This document shows positions 1-13,187 of a DNA stretch of 64,000 nucleotides, piece after piece (position 1 is the first letter of the stretch; each line of letters opens with the position of its first letter). Below the pieces are notes generated by a model, which saw only the letters and a list, made by a program, of their open reading frames with translations, ran no database searches and was not told the DNA's origin. Where the stretch lies: assembly GCA_050084515.1 (NCBI GenBank), contig CM114271.1:17980001-18044000 (forward strand), read 5' to 3'. Source of the DNA: Blasia pusilla (lineage: Eukaryota). The translations under genes were made by a program, and so were the position numbers.

Positions 1-858
1 GGTAGAAGGGTACCACTTCAACCACTCTATTGTCCCCTCAAATAGGGTACACGTTTTGATGAACATGAAAAAAAACTTGATTTCGAATAATACCTTCATG
101 TATGTAATTGTATAAAACTCATAGCACGTGTGAAAGGGCACATCTTCACTTTTAAATCACCTCGTATGCCTGTTAAACTTGTGAAGCCACTTGTCAAACA
201 CTACACGTGTTAGCATCAGAGGAGGCAAAAATGTACGCTTGTCAACGCACGAGGAAGGGGTTTTGAAACCCCCTCCTCCTCTTTTAATAATAAAGTTTGT
301 ATAAAATCTAGGCTTATTTTCCAAGAAGAAAAGTCTTCATAAAAATAAATTTAAGGTTTAATTTCCTTTAGATGCAAGAAAATATGAGTTTTGATTTTTA
401 ATAAAGAAGGAAAAAAATGGGATGAATTTTCAATATGAAAGGGGAATGATAAACTGACAGATTTTCCATGAGGGTTGGTTTTTTCAAAAAAAAAAAAAAT
501 TTTTAATTAGAGAAAAGAGGAGAGATATGATTGAATTTCTCTAGAAGAGAGGAGAAAGAAAAGGAAAAGCTCTCTACACGAGAGAGACACATGAGAAAAT
601 TTCAAATTTTAAACAAAGATCCTAAGGAATTTTTGTGAAAAGTTTCATCATTTTGTTATTTGGGTTCGCCTCCTTTTTGGCAAGCTCTCCTTAAGATGAA
701 AATATCCAATGGGGAAAGTTTTCATATCACAATTTTATGACAGAAAAAAAATAGCCAACTATACCCAACTTTTTTTCTCATTGTTGGAACTTCATTCATT
801 TAAATTACATTCCAATTTTTCACTTTCATCCTAGTAACGTGCATTGCAAAACTCCAAA

Positions 859-1043
859 CTAGACAGTACCCTTGCTCCGCACAGGTGAAAAAACATAGCC
901 GAATCCAAACTCGGGAGCAGAGCACGTGTAATCCATGGAAGAAGATAATGGATTAAGAGGAAGAATCTTGTTGGTCCAAAACGACATGTATCATGAGGAG
1001 ACGTGACACGTCTTATAAGGGCACCCTCCTATAATAATATAGA
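859..1043 (-). mobile_element. Short non-autonomous Helitron-like element
   Basis: On the minus strand it starts A|TCTATATTATT (1043) and ends with an imperfect hairpin ACCTGTGCGGAGCAAGGGT followed by ...CTAG|T (859). A|T target and no TSD. Related 5' ends occur near 250-290 and 30664. Confidence 0.45.
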
Positions 1044-4000
1044 TTAGTAGTTTTCAAAAAGAGAGAGAAAGAAAGATAAGTTTAAATTTTCAATAGGGAC
1101 GGAAAAGAAAGAAAAGGACCAAAATTCATGAAGTATATGGGAGTGTGTCAATAAACAAAATTACACAATTTTGGATAGGAGCAAAGAGGGGAGATTTTAA
1201 GAGCATCCATGGGACATATGCATATTCTATAGAAACTTAATGAGGGCACATCTATCCCCATCCACTTCGAGTGAAGGATGAGAGGATTCCATCTGTGTAT
1301 CTATGTCTTTGTCCTTCAAAAGAAACAAGAGAGACGACAAGAGAAGGGAGGAAGGGATGAATAGAGAAAGAAAGAATGGATTGACAAAAAGAGGGTTGGC
1401 ACAAATCTTCTCCATCTCTCATAGAATAAAAGTACAAAATGAGAAAGACTAAAAATGAATTGGCTAGCATAGAGAAATAAAAGAATCGAACCATCTATTC
1501 TATGAAGAGAAGAGGTACAAAGTCATATATGGATAAAAATGATGAGCTCTCTGTAAGAGGTTTAAGAGGATCTCCTTGATCAAGTACCATGAAAACATCA
1601 AACATGATTATGCATTTTTCACACCTACACACCAAAATATCATTAAGCTTTCTAAAACCAACTAGAAGTTTAGAGAATATGCAATGCACACAATTGGGTG
1701 AATAGAAATAAAAACATTAACTAAAAGACCAAATGAAGATTCAATAATGGGAAAAAACTACCTTGACTATTTTTTAAAAAGAAATTATGATACAAAAATG
1801 GATATTTCTGGCATAGTATTTTGACAATGGAAAGTCAACTTGGAAAATTTAATTCCTTTTTTGAATATTTATGGTGCAAAAAGAATGAAGAAATACAATA
1901 TGACGCCTTTGGAAACATATCTCAATTTTGGAGTATAACATGCAAGAAGTAATAATATTATAAATACAATTTTTAGTGAAGGTTTTCTACTATGAAAAAG
2001 TAACTTGAAACCCCTTGATTTTTCATAAAGAAATTATTATTATCTCTAAAGATTTTGGAAAAAGATTCTTTTGACCCCAATTGTACACAAGCTCTCTAGA
2101 ATTTTGGTCTTGTGTGGAAGCTTGCATTCAATAGGTCATACTCTCCTTACTAATTTATACTCAAATAGAGTCACAATAGCCATAGTTTGGGTCAACAAGC
2201 CTTTTATTTTCTAAGGCTTGGTTGTAGCTTATCCCTTAAGCTCAATAAATCAAGACGAGGTCAAAACTCGGTCTAAACCCTCATTCCTCCACATGGGCAA
2301 GTCATTTAGGGTTGGGACATAGTTTCTTAATCATAGTCTAATAACCTAAAATGGTGTTGATGTGGGTCCCAACTGTCTAATGAACCTCAAACATCTCTAA
2401 TCAAAGCTTGATATATGAGAAACAAGTAAAAGTCCAAGGTTGGCGCCAATAATGTGATTACCTTGAGTTGATTTGGTGATACAACTCTGAATGCCAACCT
2501 TATAATCCACCTCATACTCTTGATTTCATTCCGATGGTTCCCAAGGTAGGTTTAAGTTCCTTGTATATAGTTGTTACTATATACAAGGAGAACCTCCCCC
2601 TTGTATATAGTTCTAAGGAAATCCACTTTCCCTTTATCCAAGGAATTCCTCTTGGGCCGTTCATTGTTTCCCTCAATCCAAGCTAGCATTTTGATATTTT
2701 TGGGCTCGATGTAAGACTTTCTGACCTTAAACGAAAAGAACCCCTAAATGCTCAATCAAGTTTTAAACTGGGTTTTGTAGTCCAATTCTTGCGAGACTTG
2801 ATCAATCTCAAGTTCTATATGGTGTTTAATCATTCTCTTCTAGGTCACAATCAGCTACCTCTGAGACACACATCAAGGCTCACATCTCGCTTTTTCAATT
2901 TATGTGGTTCATAAGTCTTTGATGCATTCCCATTATAGTGTGAGCCCACTAGAGTTTTGACATTTGATGTTGGAATGTGTTTTGTTATAAGGGCTGCGTT
3001 ACAAAAGAGACATGTATAATGATCACCTTATGTCAAAATTATATAGATTATGTTACGAAAATTTGAGAGATGTTCTTGGCCTATCAAGTAAACTAAATGC
3101 TCTTGTACATCTAACTTCTCCTCCATCCGTATCATTTTGCTCTCTGTGATGATTTTAAACTTGTCAATGCTCACATCAATCCACTCCCTATTCTTCTCTT
3201 CTCCCTCCATAGCTCCAATTGAGTAGTGTTATTCCTCATTTACTCACGTTTGCTCTTCTCATCCCTTTGCTTCTTTCTTTTCTTGAATGACTTTTGAAAA
3301 GCTTTTTTCCTTTATTTGTTCCTTTCACTCTTTGGATTTCCCCTCTATAAGAAAAAAAAAATCTTTTCCAATCCCACACAAGACTTTTATTATTTTTATT
3401 TATTTTTAGAATATAATGAATTCAAAATTTTATTATAAAATACTCATGTTATTCTAAAAAAAATTGTATTAAAAAAATGAAAAGGTGGGGAAAATTTAGG
3501 AATAGGATGAAGATTTAAGAAAAATTTAAAAGTCAAAATTATTGTAGTATAAAACATAATGAAAATCTTAGGGAGACAATGTTATATGTGAAACATCTAC
3601 AAACTAAATGAATGTAGTTGTAACTAAACATATCCTCTCTCTGTATTTTCTCTCCATAATCTAGTGTGGGCGAGGGCAATATCAAAATAACTACAAGCAT
3701 AAGCTTTCTAAGAGAAAAACTAATCTATACAATTATTTTCAACCCAATATACATAGTGAGACATTAGGTAAAAATAATAACAAGGGTATTATTACGTTTC
3801 TTCATTCAAGTTTGATGCTTTTGGAAAGGAAAAATGAATTCAAATTGTTGGAGAGGGGACGAGGTTTAATTATTGTAGAATGGATATTATTTTTAGGGAG
3901 GAGTGGCCTGGATATTATTTCAAACTTTATAGAGGAGTGGGATCGATGTTATTTCAACCTTTGGTGAAACATGGGATGTTGTTTCAAACTTTATGGAGGA

Positions 4001-4744
4001 ATGGGGTATTACTTTAACCTGAATTGAGGACTGAGGTTATTTAAATGAGTGAGATATTACTACTCCTTAGAAAGTAGAAAAAATCATATATGGGTTTGGA
4101 AACAGAAGAAATTATTGGGGAATGGAAGATTATTTCTAAATTTCTTTTACTAAAATACCCTTTTGGTGAGAAGCATAAGCATGCTTACTATTTATATCTA
4201 TTGAAAGGACTTCTTTTTCCTGGTGTCTGCTCTTACTCTAAGATGTGTCTATTGAAAATGCTTTCTTAGTTGGAGAAATCTCATTAGGGAAAATCTATGT
4301 TATTATTACAGCCCCTACAATACTCGAGCCCCAAGTGTAGAGGTTGTAGAATACAAGTTATTCAGTAGATTCCGCAACCCTCCGATGAGATCAGATGTGA
4401 ATTTTAGACATTTGAAATTTTGTCCTTTCATAACCAATTATTCCCCAGTGTTAGTATTAATTAGTCTCAAAGTTCTTCTCCACGCTGTATTTTTTCTAGT
4501 TGTGTTTTGTCTCCCATGTTAACTCCACGGAATTAACACGGAAGGCATGAAATCCCATGCCTTCGTTTCTTCTCGCGGTGTTAATCTCCCGAGTTTCTTT
4601 GTGTCGTGTTAGTATGAGTCTTTTCTGAACCCTCTTTAAAAATCCAAACCAAGGCCACATACTGGCCATCAACATAATATGTATAAGAGGATAAAACAAG
4701 AGATAATAAGACACAATGATAACACACATATTACATTGTAAGAT

Positions 4745-4977
4745 GGTGGTTGTGTAAAATTTGAGGGAAAAAATTCTTGCTGAATTTTAAACCAAAAAAG
4801 AAATGGTTGTAAGTAACAATGTGATATTCCCCAAGAAATAGTAGAGTGGACTATTTACTACGGTGGATGAGTAAAATTTGAGGGAAAAAATTCTCGTTGA
4901 ATTTTAAACCACAAAGGCAATGATTGTAGGTAACTATGTGATATTCCCCAAGAAATAGTTGAGTGGACTATTTACTA
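4745..4977. repeat. Two-copy tandem duplication, ~117-bp period
   Basis: GGTGG(T/A)TG..GTAAAATTTGAGGGAAAAAATTCT ... GAGTGGACTATTTACTA occurs at 4745 and 4862. Confidence 0.85.
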
Positions 4978-6200
4978 TGGGATTAGTGGCATATTCATCA
5001 AGAATGGAACCCAACATACTCGTGAGGAACACAACATGAAACTAATATGACGTGATAAGGGAGTGGAATAGCACGAGGATCTTGTGTTACTATGCTCTCC
5101 AACAACTCCAATGGAAACTTTGTATACATGAGACACATGATCTAAAGTTATGTGTATCCACATCTAATAAGTAATATATTTAAAATTCCCAATTACAACT
5201 TTTCAATCAAATTTCAATTTTATTATTTAAGGTAAGTTGTTAATTCCATTTTACAACCAATTTTTTTCATGGGAGACAATTACTGATTTTATCTATGTTA
5301 TAACTCATCTGGCCATGCTTATCCGGTTTTCACAGTTTTAATATATCTTTGCCAATCCTTCTCACATATTTTATGATGGGTAATTTATATTATTATAAAA
5401 TAGTACTTTTTTTATTTGCAAACACCTCTTTATTTGACTCCTTTCAATTGGGAAAAAATATATTTCTTTTGAATTGGGGCACTCACTCTTCGAACATTTT
5501 TTTCCACAACATCCTAGTAGTCCGTTTTATTATTGGCAGATGTTTCAACAGTAGAGAAACACTTGGCCTTTTAGGTGACTTATGCTTGACATCTATCCTC
5601 TCTAAAAGCTTAGTTCGAGCTAACCAAGATGAAGAGGTGTGCAAGATGACGATTCGAGGTGGCACGTGAGCTCTTATCCCTCACACACACACACACCACA
5701 CTTGATAAAGTGGGCAATTACTTAATTTTGGGGATTTGGGGGGACCATGCATGCGGAGCTAGTCATGTGGTAGGGTATTTCATTTCTATAAAAGATATTC
5801 CGCATTATTCCTCCCAACCCACACTCAATCTATAATTTATGTCAAATTTGGAACTAATTCGGCATTTCTCTCCCAATACACTAGTTAGTACCCGCACTAC
5901 CATTACCAGATTAATACCCACCACTACCAGATTAATCACCCATTTTCCCACTTGTGACAAAAATATTTTTAAGAGAAGTTTAGTGACCGGTGTCAAAAGA
6001 GCACATATTCCCAGACTTGACAAGAGTACTTTTGAAAGAAGTTTAGTACAGGTGTCAAAAGAGCAGCTTCATAGAACCTGATCCATTCCAAGTAAATGAT
6101 TCAAAACGGAAGTTCCTGAGTTCATCCACTTAACCTCCTCCCCACGAAAACATGGCCAACCAGTGGATTCTGACACCTCAAAACCATCTCCCACGTTTTG

Positions 6201-6393
6201 GCGAAACTCGACGAACCCATGAAACCTTGACCATTTGCTCTTCAGCTTTTATGTGACCGCGAAACTCGACGAACCCATGAAACCTCGAGCATTTGCTCTT
6301 CAGCTTTCACGTGACGGCGAAGCTCGACGAACGCATGAAACCTCGAGCGTTTGCTCTTCAGTTTTCACGTGACGGCGATGCTCGACGAACCCA
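6201..6393. repeat. 58-bp minisatellite, ~3.3 copies
   Basis: GCGA(A/T)(A/G)CTCGACGAAC unit starts at 6201, 6259, 6317 and 6375. Confidence 0.9.
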
Positions 6394-6977
6394 CTTCGCC
6401 TCGACATCCCCAAGTGAGCAACAGAAGCAGACGGGAGGGGACGGAGTATTTATCTCGAAGTTCCGCAGAGCGAGGGACGGAGGGCGAATGTCAAGGAACT
6501 GAACGAGACGTAGATCGTCTCGGTCCAGAGTCGATATAGCTACATGTCAGCGTCTACGATGGGCGGAAGAGGAGAAATTCGATGGTTGGAATTCGTGGGT
6601 GAAGGAAATTATCAGGTGGAGGATTCGAGGCTGGAGGAAACTTCAACATCTGTGTTCGTGGGCAGCGAATCGTGGACGACGAGCAGGGCATTCGTTCCGC
6701 GGTCTCAAGAGAAAGAGCTACCGCCATAGCCACCAGCTCGACAGGCATCGGTCGACCAATGTCGGGGCCCAGTCGAAGCAAGATCACTATCACGTCGAGA
6801 TTGATTCAGTGGGAGGCTGAAGTGTACCGCGTGATCTCTGACCACATCGCTTCCTTGAGCTCATGCATGGCGTTCTTCTCGCGGTTGTTGGTCCTCGACT
6901 GGAGACAGCGGTTGCTGGGAGGCTGTGGAGAATCCAGGAATGGATCATGTTGTGTGCGTGCTGCTCCATGGCGTCGC

Positions 6978-8675
6978 TCAAGCGGATACGAAATCAGAGA
7001 TTTTGGAGGCCTCCGTGACGAGCGTGTCCATGCAGACCAGAAAATCGTCTGCAACCATGTCGTGAGCGGCCGTGAGATGAGTGTGGAGAGACACCTTCCA
7101 TCGGCTGCCAGAGGTGACATCTTTGTTTCGCCCATCGCCCGTGAGCGCAGCCACCTCAGTGAGGATCACGTCGACGCCCACTTTCTTGAAGATTCTCCGC
7201 GCTTTGTGGAGAGCATTCAAGGGATAGTAGCGATGGCCTGAGGGGGATACCAGAGGGTCTTCGCACGATGCTCTCGAATTCCAGGACTCGAAGATGGCCT
7301 TCCTGGTCCGCTCATCGAGAGGAGGCTCGCGGTGTCGACTTTGGATTCTCAATTGGAAATCCAATCCTTTCTGAGGTTCATTTAGAAAGCTGACGAATGC
7401 ATGTCTCTTCGATTTTTTCTGGATCCTGTGAATCATCCCATCTCTCTGCAGCACCTTCATGTTGAAAGTCTGTTTGCCTGCACTGTTCATGTTAATGAGC
7501 TCTACGGCAATGACATCTTGTGATGTCGAGACCTCCTCCCTGTAACCGGAAGCTAGCAGGCATTGCTCCATCTTTACCACTTTCTCGTCAGGACAGAATG
7601 CACTGAACAGAGGCCGCAATGTTTGGCCTACGATCATGCTCTCCATCTGCGCTATGGTGACATTCCAGTCAGGACCTACAGCATTCAAATCGGTGCTGAA
7701 GTAGAACATCCTACCCAGCTGCAGCCGCAATTTGATCTGCAGATCTTTTTCTGCAGCAGCAGGGCTATCCAGAAATTTCGAGAGGCAATCAACGACGGGT
7801 TCCTGGTAGAAGCTCTGTTTCCAGGTCCCAAACACGTACGTCGATTGCTCAGCTCCCCCGTAGCTTCTCCGCCTCTTCTTGGTGATGATCTCGTGCTGGG
7901 GCTTGACGGAGTCGGGAGAGAGGCGATGGCGGAAGGAGTAATACATCTTGTCGTTCTTCTCTGGCGAGTGCCGAACCACGAAGGCTCTCAAATGCCTGGG
8001 CAGATACTGCCGTGCCTCATCCGGAGTGACGAGTTTGAGAGCCACAGCGTCTTCGAGACGAGATTCGCTTCCTGCCAGAGGCAAGCACGCAGCGTGCATC
8101 TCGGGATAGAACGGTGCAGCTGCTGCGCGGATCACCAGCCTCTTCACTTGAGCGACCACTTTCTCCACGGCCTCCGCTGAGCCTTGCACCCTCACTCTCT
8201 GATGGTCCTTCCGCTCGCTTCTCACCAAACTCACCCGAGCGATTCCTTCCACTTTGTGCAGCGCATTGATAGTTCTGTGACTCTTCCCGATTATGTGCCC
8301 CACTGCAGAGTCCGGCACCTCCACCTCCTCCACAGGCAAAGCTTGTTCTTCGCCCTCGACATCCACGAGCAGCAGCGACGCCCTGCTTAAATCCCGTCCT
8401 CCTCCTCCTCCAACAACAACAACAACTGCTGCGGGTGCTTCCTCGGAGGCGTCCCAGGCGCTACCAGCATCCTCTCGTTCTGCTGCATTCTCAGGGACGA
8501 CGCTCCGAGCTCCGCCATCCGCCTCCTTCGATGCTTCCCGAACTTTGTTCCACCCTCCATCTTCCTCCGACGCCGTGTTTAGGGGGTTGTCCCATTCTCT
8601 ACCATCGCAATTGTCGTCGCGTCGTCGTCGTCTCTGCTGCTGCCGCGACCACCGGTGCGTTGCATGCGTGTGCAC
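6978..8675 (-). CDS. KH-domain protein with a C-terminal CYTH/TTM-like domain; true 5' end uncertain (probably continues in the 8599-8913 frame)
   Basis: 565-codon GC-rich open frame. KH signature EVEVPDSAVGHIIGKSHRTINALHKVEGIARVSL...VRVQGSAEAVEKVVAQVKRLV (GxxG loop altered to GKSH). The C-terminal fold call is inference. Confidence 0.7.
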   Translation of the reverse strand: MHTHATHRWSRQQQRRRRRDDNCDGREWDNPLNTASEEDGGWNKVREASKEADGGARSVVPENAAEREDAGSAWDASEEAPAAVVVVVGGGGGRDLSRASLLLVDVEGEEQALPVEEVEVPDSAVGHIIGKSHRTINALHKVEGIARVSLVRSERKDHQRVRVQGSAEAVEKVVAQVKRLVIRAAAAPFYPEMHAACLPLAGSESRLEDAVALKLVTPDEARQYLPRHLRAFVVRHSPEKNDKMYYSFRHRLSPDSVKPQHEIITKKRRRSYGGAEQSTYVFGTWKQSFYQEPVVDCLSKFLDSPAAAEKDLQIKLRLQLGRMFYFSTDLNAVGPDWNVTIAQMESMIVGQTLRPLFSAFCPDEKVVKMEQCLLASGYREEVSTSQDVIAVELINMNSAGKQTFNMKVLQRDGMIHRIQKKSKRHAFVSFLNEPQKGLDFQLRIQSRHREPPLDERTRKAIFESWNSRASCEDPLVSPSGHRYYPLNALHKARRIFKKVGVDVILTEVAALTGDGRNKDVTSGSRWKVSLHTHLTAAHDMVADDFLVCMDTLVTEASKISDFVSA

Positions 8676-10747
8676 CTACAGCCTCTTCAGTGCCTCGCCA
8701 GACAGAATCGGCTGCTTCCTCTTGAGCACTCCACGGCGTAGCCTCGGAGCCGCTCCAGGATATGCCGGATGCTGCCTTGGGAGGTTTCCACGATTCGGCT
8801 GTTCCTTTCCGAGGCGCTTCCGTAGCCCCACGCTGAATTCCCGCATCATCGCCCCAAGCGCGTCGTTCCACTCTTGCATCCTCATGGCCTTCGACGGCCC
8901 GACGTGGGAGCATTCTACGCCCAACTCTCCACCGCAGACAGCTTCCTGCGATGTCACAGAATCCATCAGCACGTCCAAATGCACCTCACCTCACCTCACC
9001 ACACTGAAATCGGGAGGATCCGAGCGACTCCATCTCCCTCCGAAGTCCAACAACATTCAATGCGTGCCACCCTAGAGGACGGAAGACAAGCGCACCAAAC
9101 TGCCACTCGATGTGTACACCGCAGAGCCTTCTCACTCAGATTCGCTTCGCACTCCCTTGCCGTGGACACCGAAGCGCCACTACACATCCGCTCTATGGAA
9201 TCAGACAACAGACAGAAAGGAAGGAAGGAAGACCACACACACCTACCGAGAAGCTCCTAGACGTCTGTCTGCCAACTGAACTGAATGCAAAGGAAATTGA
9301 CCCGTCTGTCCAGCCCGGATTTCAAGAGTTAGCAGCCAGCACTGCTCTGGTCTCTACCGTTCCCACAGAGAGGAATGATGCCGCACAGCGGACCAAATTT
9401 TCTGCTGCAAGGCAATCAATCGATCCATTCTCTGCACTGCCCGGGGCTAGCAATCTACGAACCGCCCTCCACTTGAAGACTCCACGAAGCGCCGAGCGTC
9501 ACAAAAACCTCAAGCACGCGCGCACGCACGCACGCAAGAAGCAACTGTCGAGGAGCAGAATCTGTACACACGCAGTCCATGGAACCTCCGCGGAAGAAGA
9601 CAGCTCTGCCGCTCTCAATCGAGTCCCTTCTCACGCGCAAACTCCACACCTCGAACGCCGACGCTGTACGTCCCGCGGCTCGCAGCGGACTTGCCTCGAC
9701 CCATGCACCCTCAGCGCACCGGGCCTACGTTTCTCAGACGCCGATTCGTAGGATACTGGCAGCGCACCATCGATTCCGCTGCTGCTGCTGCCGGAAGATC
9801 GAAGTGAACTCGCCCCCAAAAAAAAAAAACTGTCCGGACGACGGGGAAATGATGCGCCGCAACGGACATTGAAGCACGCACAGGAGCATTTCGTTTCGGC
9901 TCTGAGCTCTTCTGAAGCCGTCAGCGTCCTCTTCGCCTCCGTGCCTTCAATTCTTCTTCTTCTTCTCGTGCAGCAGCAGCATTAGCATGCGTACTGTCAT
10001 CTGTTGAGCCGTTAAAGTGTCATGCGGAGTGACGGCTGTGGCCGGAGTTCATACTTATTTGTGAAGAAAGCCTCTCAATCCGTAGTCGAGGACGTGAGAT
10101 AGTTGCTTAAGAGGCATCCCGTGAACAAACTATCGTTACCATATAGTATAGGCCCCTCCACCGGTCATAGTGGGTGAGCCGATGTGCTCTGACCGGATCG
10201 CCCCGTATTGTTCTCCTAAGATTTTGTCACCGCATTTTGCGTTCATACCTAGGATCGTGGTCGGCAATATCCGGGGAGAATCGGGGTTACGTGTTGACCT
10301 AGCCGGAAGAAATTTAGAATTTTAACCGATTCATTTTGCAATGCCGGTTTCTGGAACTCTGTATTTCCAGAAACCGGCATAATACAGAGTTCTCCTTTGT
10401 ATTTGTATCTTTTTAGTCGGCCGGATTCAGGAAAAATATCAAAATTATCGTTATTGTCTATAGAGACCGGAAATGTACGGGTTCTCGCCAAAAAACTAGG
10501 CGGACCCCGGTGGTCGGTTAGTATTTGGCGCACTCTAAGATATCTTAGTCGCGGGTTTTATTTTTGGGTTGGGTGAGGCTGTCTCGGCGGCTAAAAACAG
10601 AGAGGAGAGGAGAGGTAACAGTGACGAGAGGATTGCCTCGTGGATCCCCAACAATGTTTCCAAGGCGGGTAATGGCAGTATCAAAGCTGAGTACGTTGGA
10701 GAATGAAAGGGCTGCCAAGTTGACTTTTCCTCAATGGAGAGTTTCTA

Positions 10748-11114
10748 CCAGCCTTCAAACTTTCAACTCAAAAATTGACTTTTCTAAGATTTTCGCCCTA
10801 CCTTGCTTATGTTGATTTTAAAAAATGAATTTGACCCTACCTTATTTAATTTAGACTTTTTGCCCAAAATATTTCGGGTGGCAATAAAAAATACCCTTAG
10901 GATGGACGTACCTAGTTTTCGACTTTTCCTTCCAGCCTTCAAACTTTCAACTCAAAAATTGACTTTTTTAAGATTTTCGCCCTACCTTGCTTATGTTGAT
11001 TTAAAAAAATGAATTTGACCCTACCTTACTTAATTTAGACTTTTTGCCCAAAATATTTCGGGTGGCAATAAAAAATACCCTTAGGATGGACATACCTAGT
11101 TTTCGACTTTTCTT
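10748..11114. repeat. Two-copy near-identical tandem duplication, 184-bp period
   Basis: CCAGCCTTCAAACTTTCAACTCAAAAATTGAC... at 10748 and 10932, continuing to ...ACCTAGTTTTCGACTTTTC. Confidence 0.9.
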
Positions 11115-13187
11115 TCAGTGACATCCCCTAGGAAATAAGGCAAGGGAATCCTTAATTTGTTGTTAAATTTTCTTTCAATAGGGTATCTAGACAAACTGAT
11201 AGATTATATCATCAAATTTTGGATGAGGCCTATGTGGGAATGTGACATATTATGATCAACTGGGATCCAAAACTTAGGAAAATAAAACATGGTTGGGTGT
11301 TTAGTTGATATCAACTTAGATGGTCTAGAAAGTTGTGAACCAACCTATTCTCCTACATAAAGGTGGATAGTCCCTACTTGACATTGCGAAGATCCTTTAA
11401 TATTAGTTGTCCTCCAAAAAATTGAATGTATATCTAACAAAAGGATGAGGTTTGGATGATTGTTAAACTCCAGAGACAAATTAATTCAATACATTTGATA
11501 AGTTGGAGACATTTAAGAGGGAACAATGTGGTACAATATTTGAACTCCTATTGATCCAAAATGGCAATGGCACACAAATTGTTTCCTTTGCTTAGTCGCT
11601 AAGAGTCTTTCTTGATTTTATTTTTTATGAATATCCCTTATTGTCGACCATTGGGGCAAATATCATAGTAGTTTTAGAGTGGGCTTCCTCAAACAAAGAA
11701 GAGGCTCCAAGAAACTTCATAAATGCTTATATATAATGCAAAAGTAATGCATATTCGCTTATAGTTATGAGCTTACTTAGGTAGCCTTTATTTAGCAAGT
11801 AAAGCTTTTTTTCCCACTAGAAGAGAGATCTTGGGCATATTTTACTTTAATGACATTTGTATTCATTCTCCCAAAATATTCCGAAATCACTTGAGAATAG
11901 TGAAAATCCATATTAAATTATTATTTTGGAAGGAGGATGATCGATAAGTAGTAATGATTATTTTTATAGTTTTATGAAAATCTCCATGAAATTAATATCC
12001 TCTTTGAATTTACACTCATGAAAAATCTACATATGTAATACAATCCCCAAATTCCATCCATATTATACCCTTCAACACTTAGTTTTTTACCCCCTTTCCT
12101 ATTTGTCCCAATATTCTCCAAACTCTATATTCCGTTATCTATTTTAATATATCTTATTGATACAACTTACTTATTTAAAGGGTATTTGGGATAGGGAAAT
12201 GAGGGTAATATGTTGTACATGTAGATTAGTGCATTCACAAGAAATAACCCCCAAACATATCCTCCGGTAGTTGGACACATCATAGTGGAATGTGGGTGGA
12301 AGCTACAAGGGTGAAAGCATGTGGAAAATGAGGTGATAGTTGACTAGGGGAAAAGAGTTTTAGGGAAGAGAGGTGGAGTTGGATATTTGAGAGAGTGCAT
12401 AGGTGGTGGGAAGGGTAGGACTCCAAACATGGATGTTTTCACATAGACTCATAGATCCTTTGGATGGATTTACATGCCTAGACATATTGCAGTTGGCACC
12501 TTCAACCAAGGTCTATGTAAGACAACCAATGTTGTCATATAAACATATTGAGTTACAATCTTTACATGTTACAAATCAACAAAATGTTGGACTTGTTTCC
12601 ACAATAGAATAACATTCATTCGTCTTTTTATGGAGGGGATATGATGATTTATTCGATTTAGATTGATGATGATATTTCCCCATGAATCCCTAATTAAGAC
12701 ATCTAGGCAATGTTGAGCATCCCAATCAATTCATGGTGCCCTACCATCAAGGATGTTGACCATCTTTATTTGTGGTCTTCACAATATAAGATGAAGATGG
12801 CATGCGCATGGTCAACATCTATCCTTGGGGTCTCTCCGCAGATGTTGACCATCTTCATCCCCTTTGTTGTGGGATGATTCACATCACTTCCTACAATCTC
12901 CTAGTATGGGAAACATTTTTTTCTGCCCACATGACAAGTGTGTGCAAGATATAATAATATGGTAGATGTTGAACCATCCGGGAAATCACTTGTCATGAGA
13001 AAATTCACGAAGGACCGTTAAGATAGGTGGAGACTTCGGTTTCAGAATTGGAAATGAATGACAAGATGAACTTCCTCTACGCATGAATCCAGGGCCTATA
13101 TGGATTACTTAGATACTACGAGTGGTAGGTGAAATCAAGGAGCCAAGGAGCTATGGCGCAGGGGCATTGATTTCTCATCAAGCGTGT

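Noticed and set aside
6201-6393. 58-bp repeats as a CRISPR-like array
   Set aside because: Units are contiguous with no unique spacers, the context is eukaryotic and there are no cas genes.
8676-8984. Stop-codon readthrough joining the 102-aa ORF to the 565-aa ORF at TAG 8676-8678
   Set aside because: In frame, but the alternative frame 8599-8913 matches the downstream composition better; no independent support for readthrough.
6672-9751. Long plus-strand ORFs (189, 205, 260 and 213 aa)
   Set aside because: Antisense shadows of the GC-rich KH gene and its leader; no recognisable motifs.
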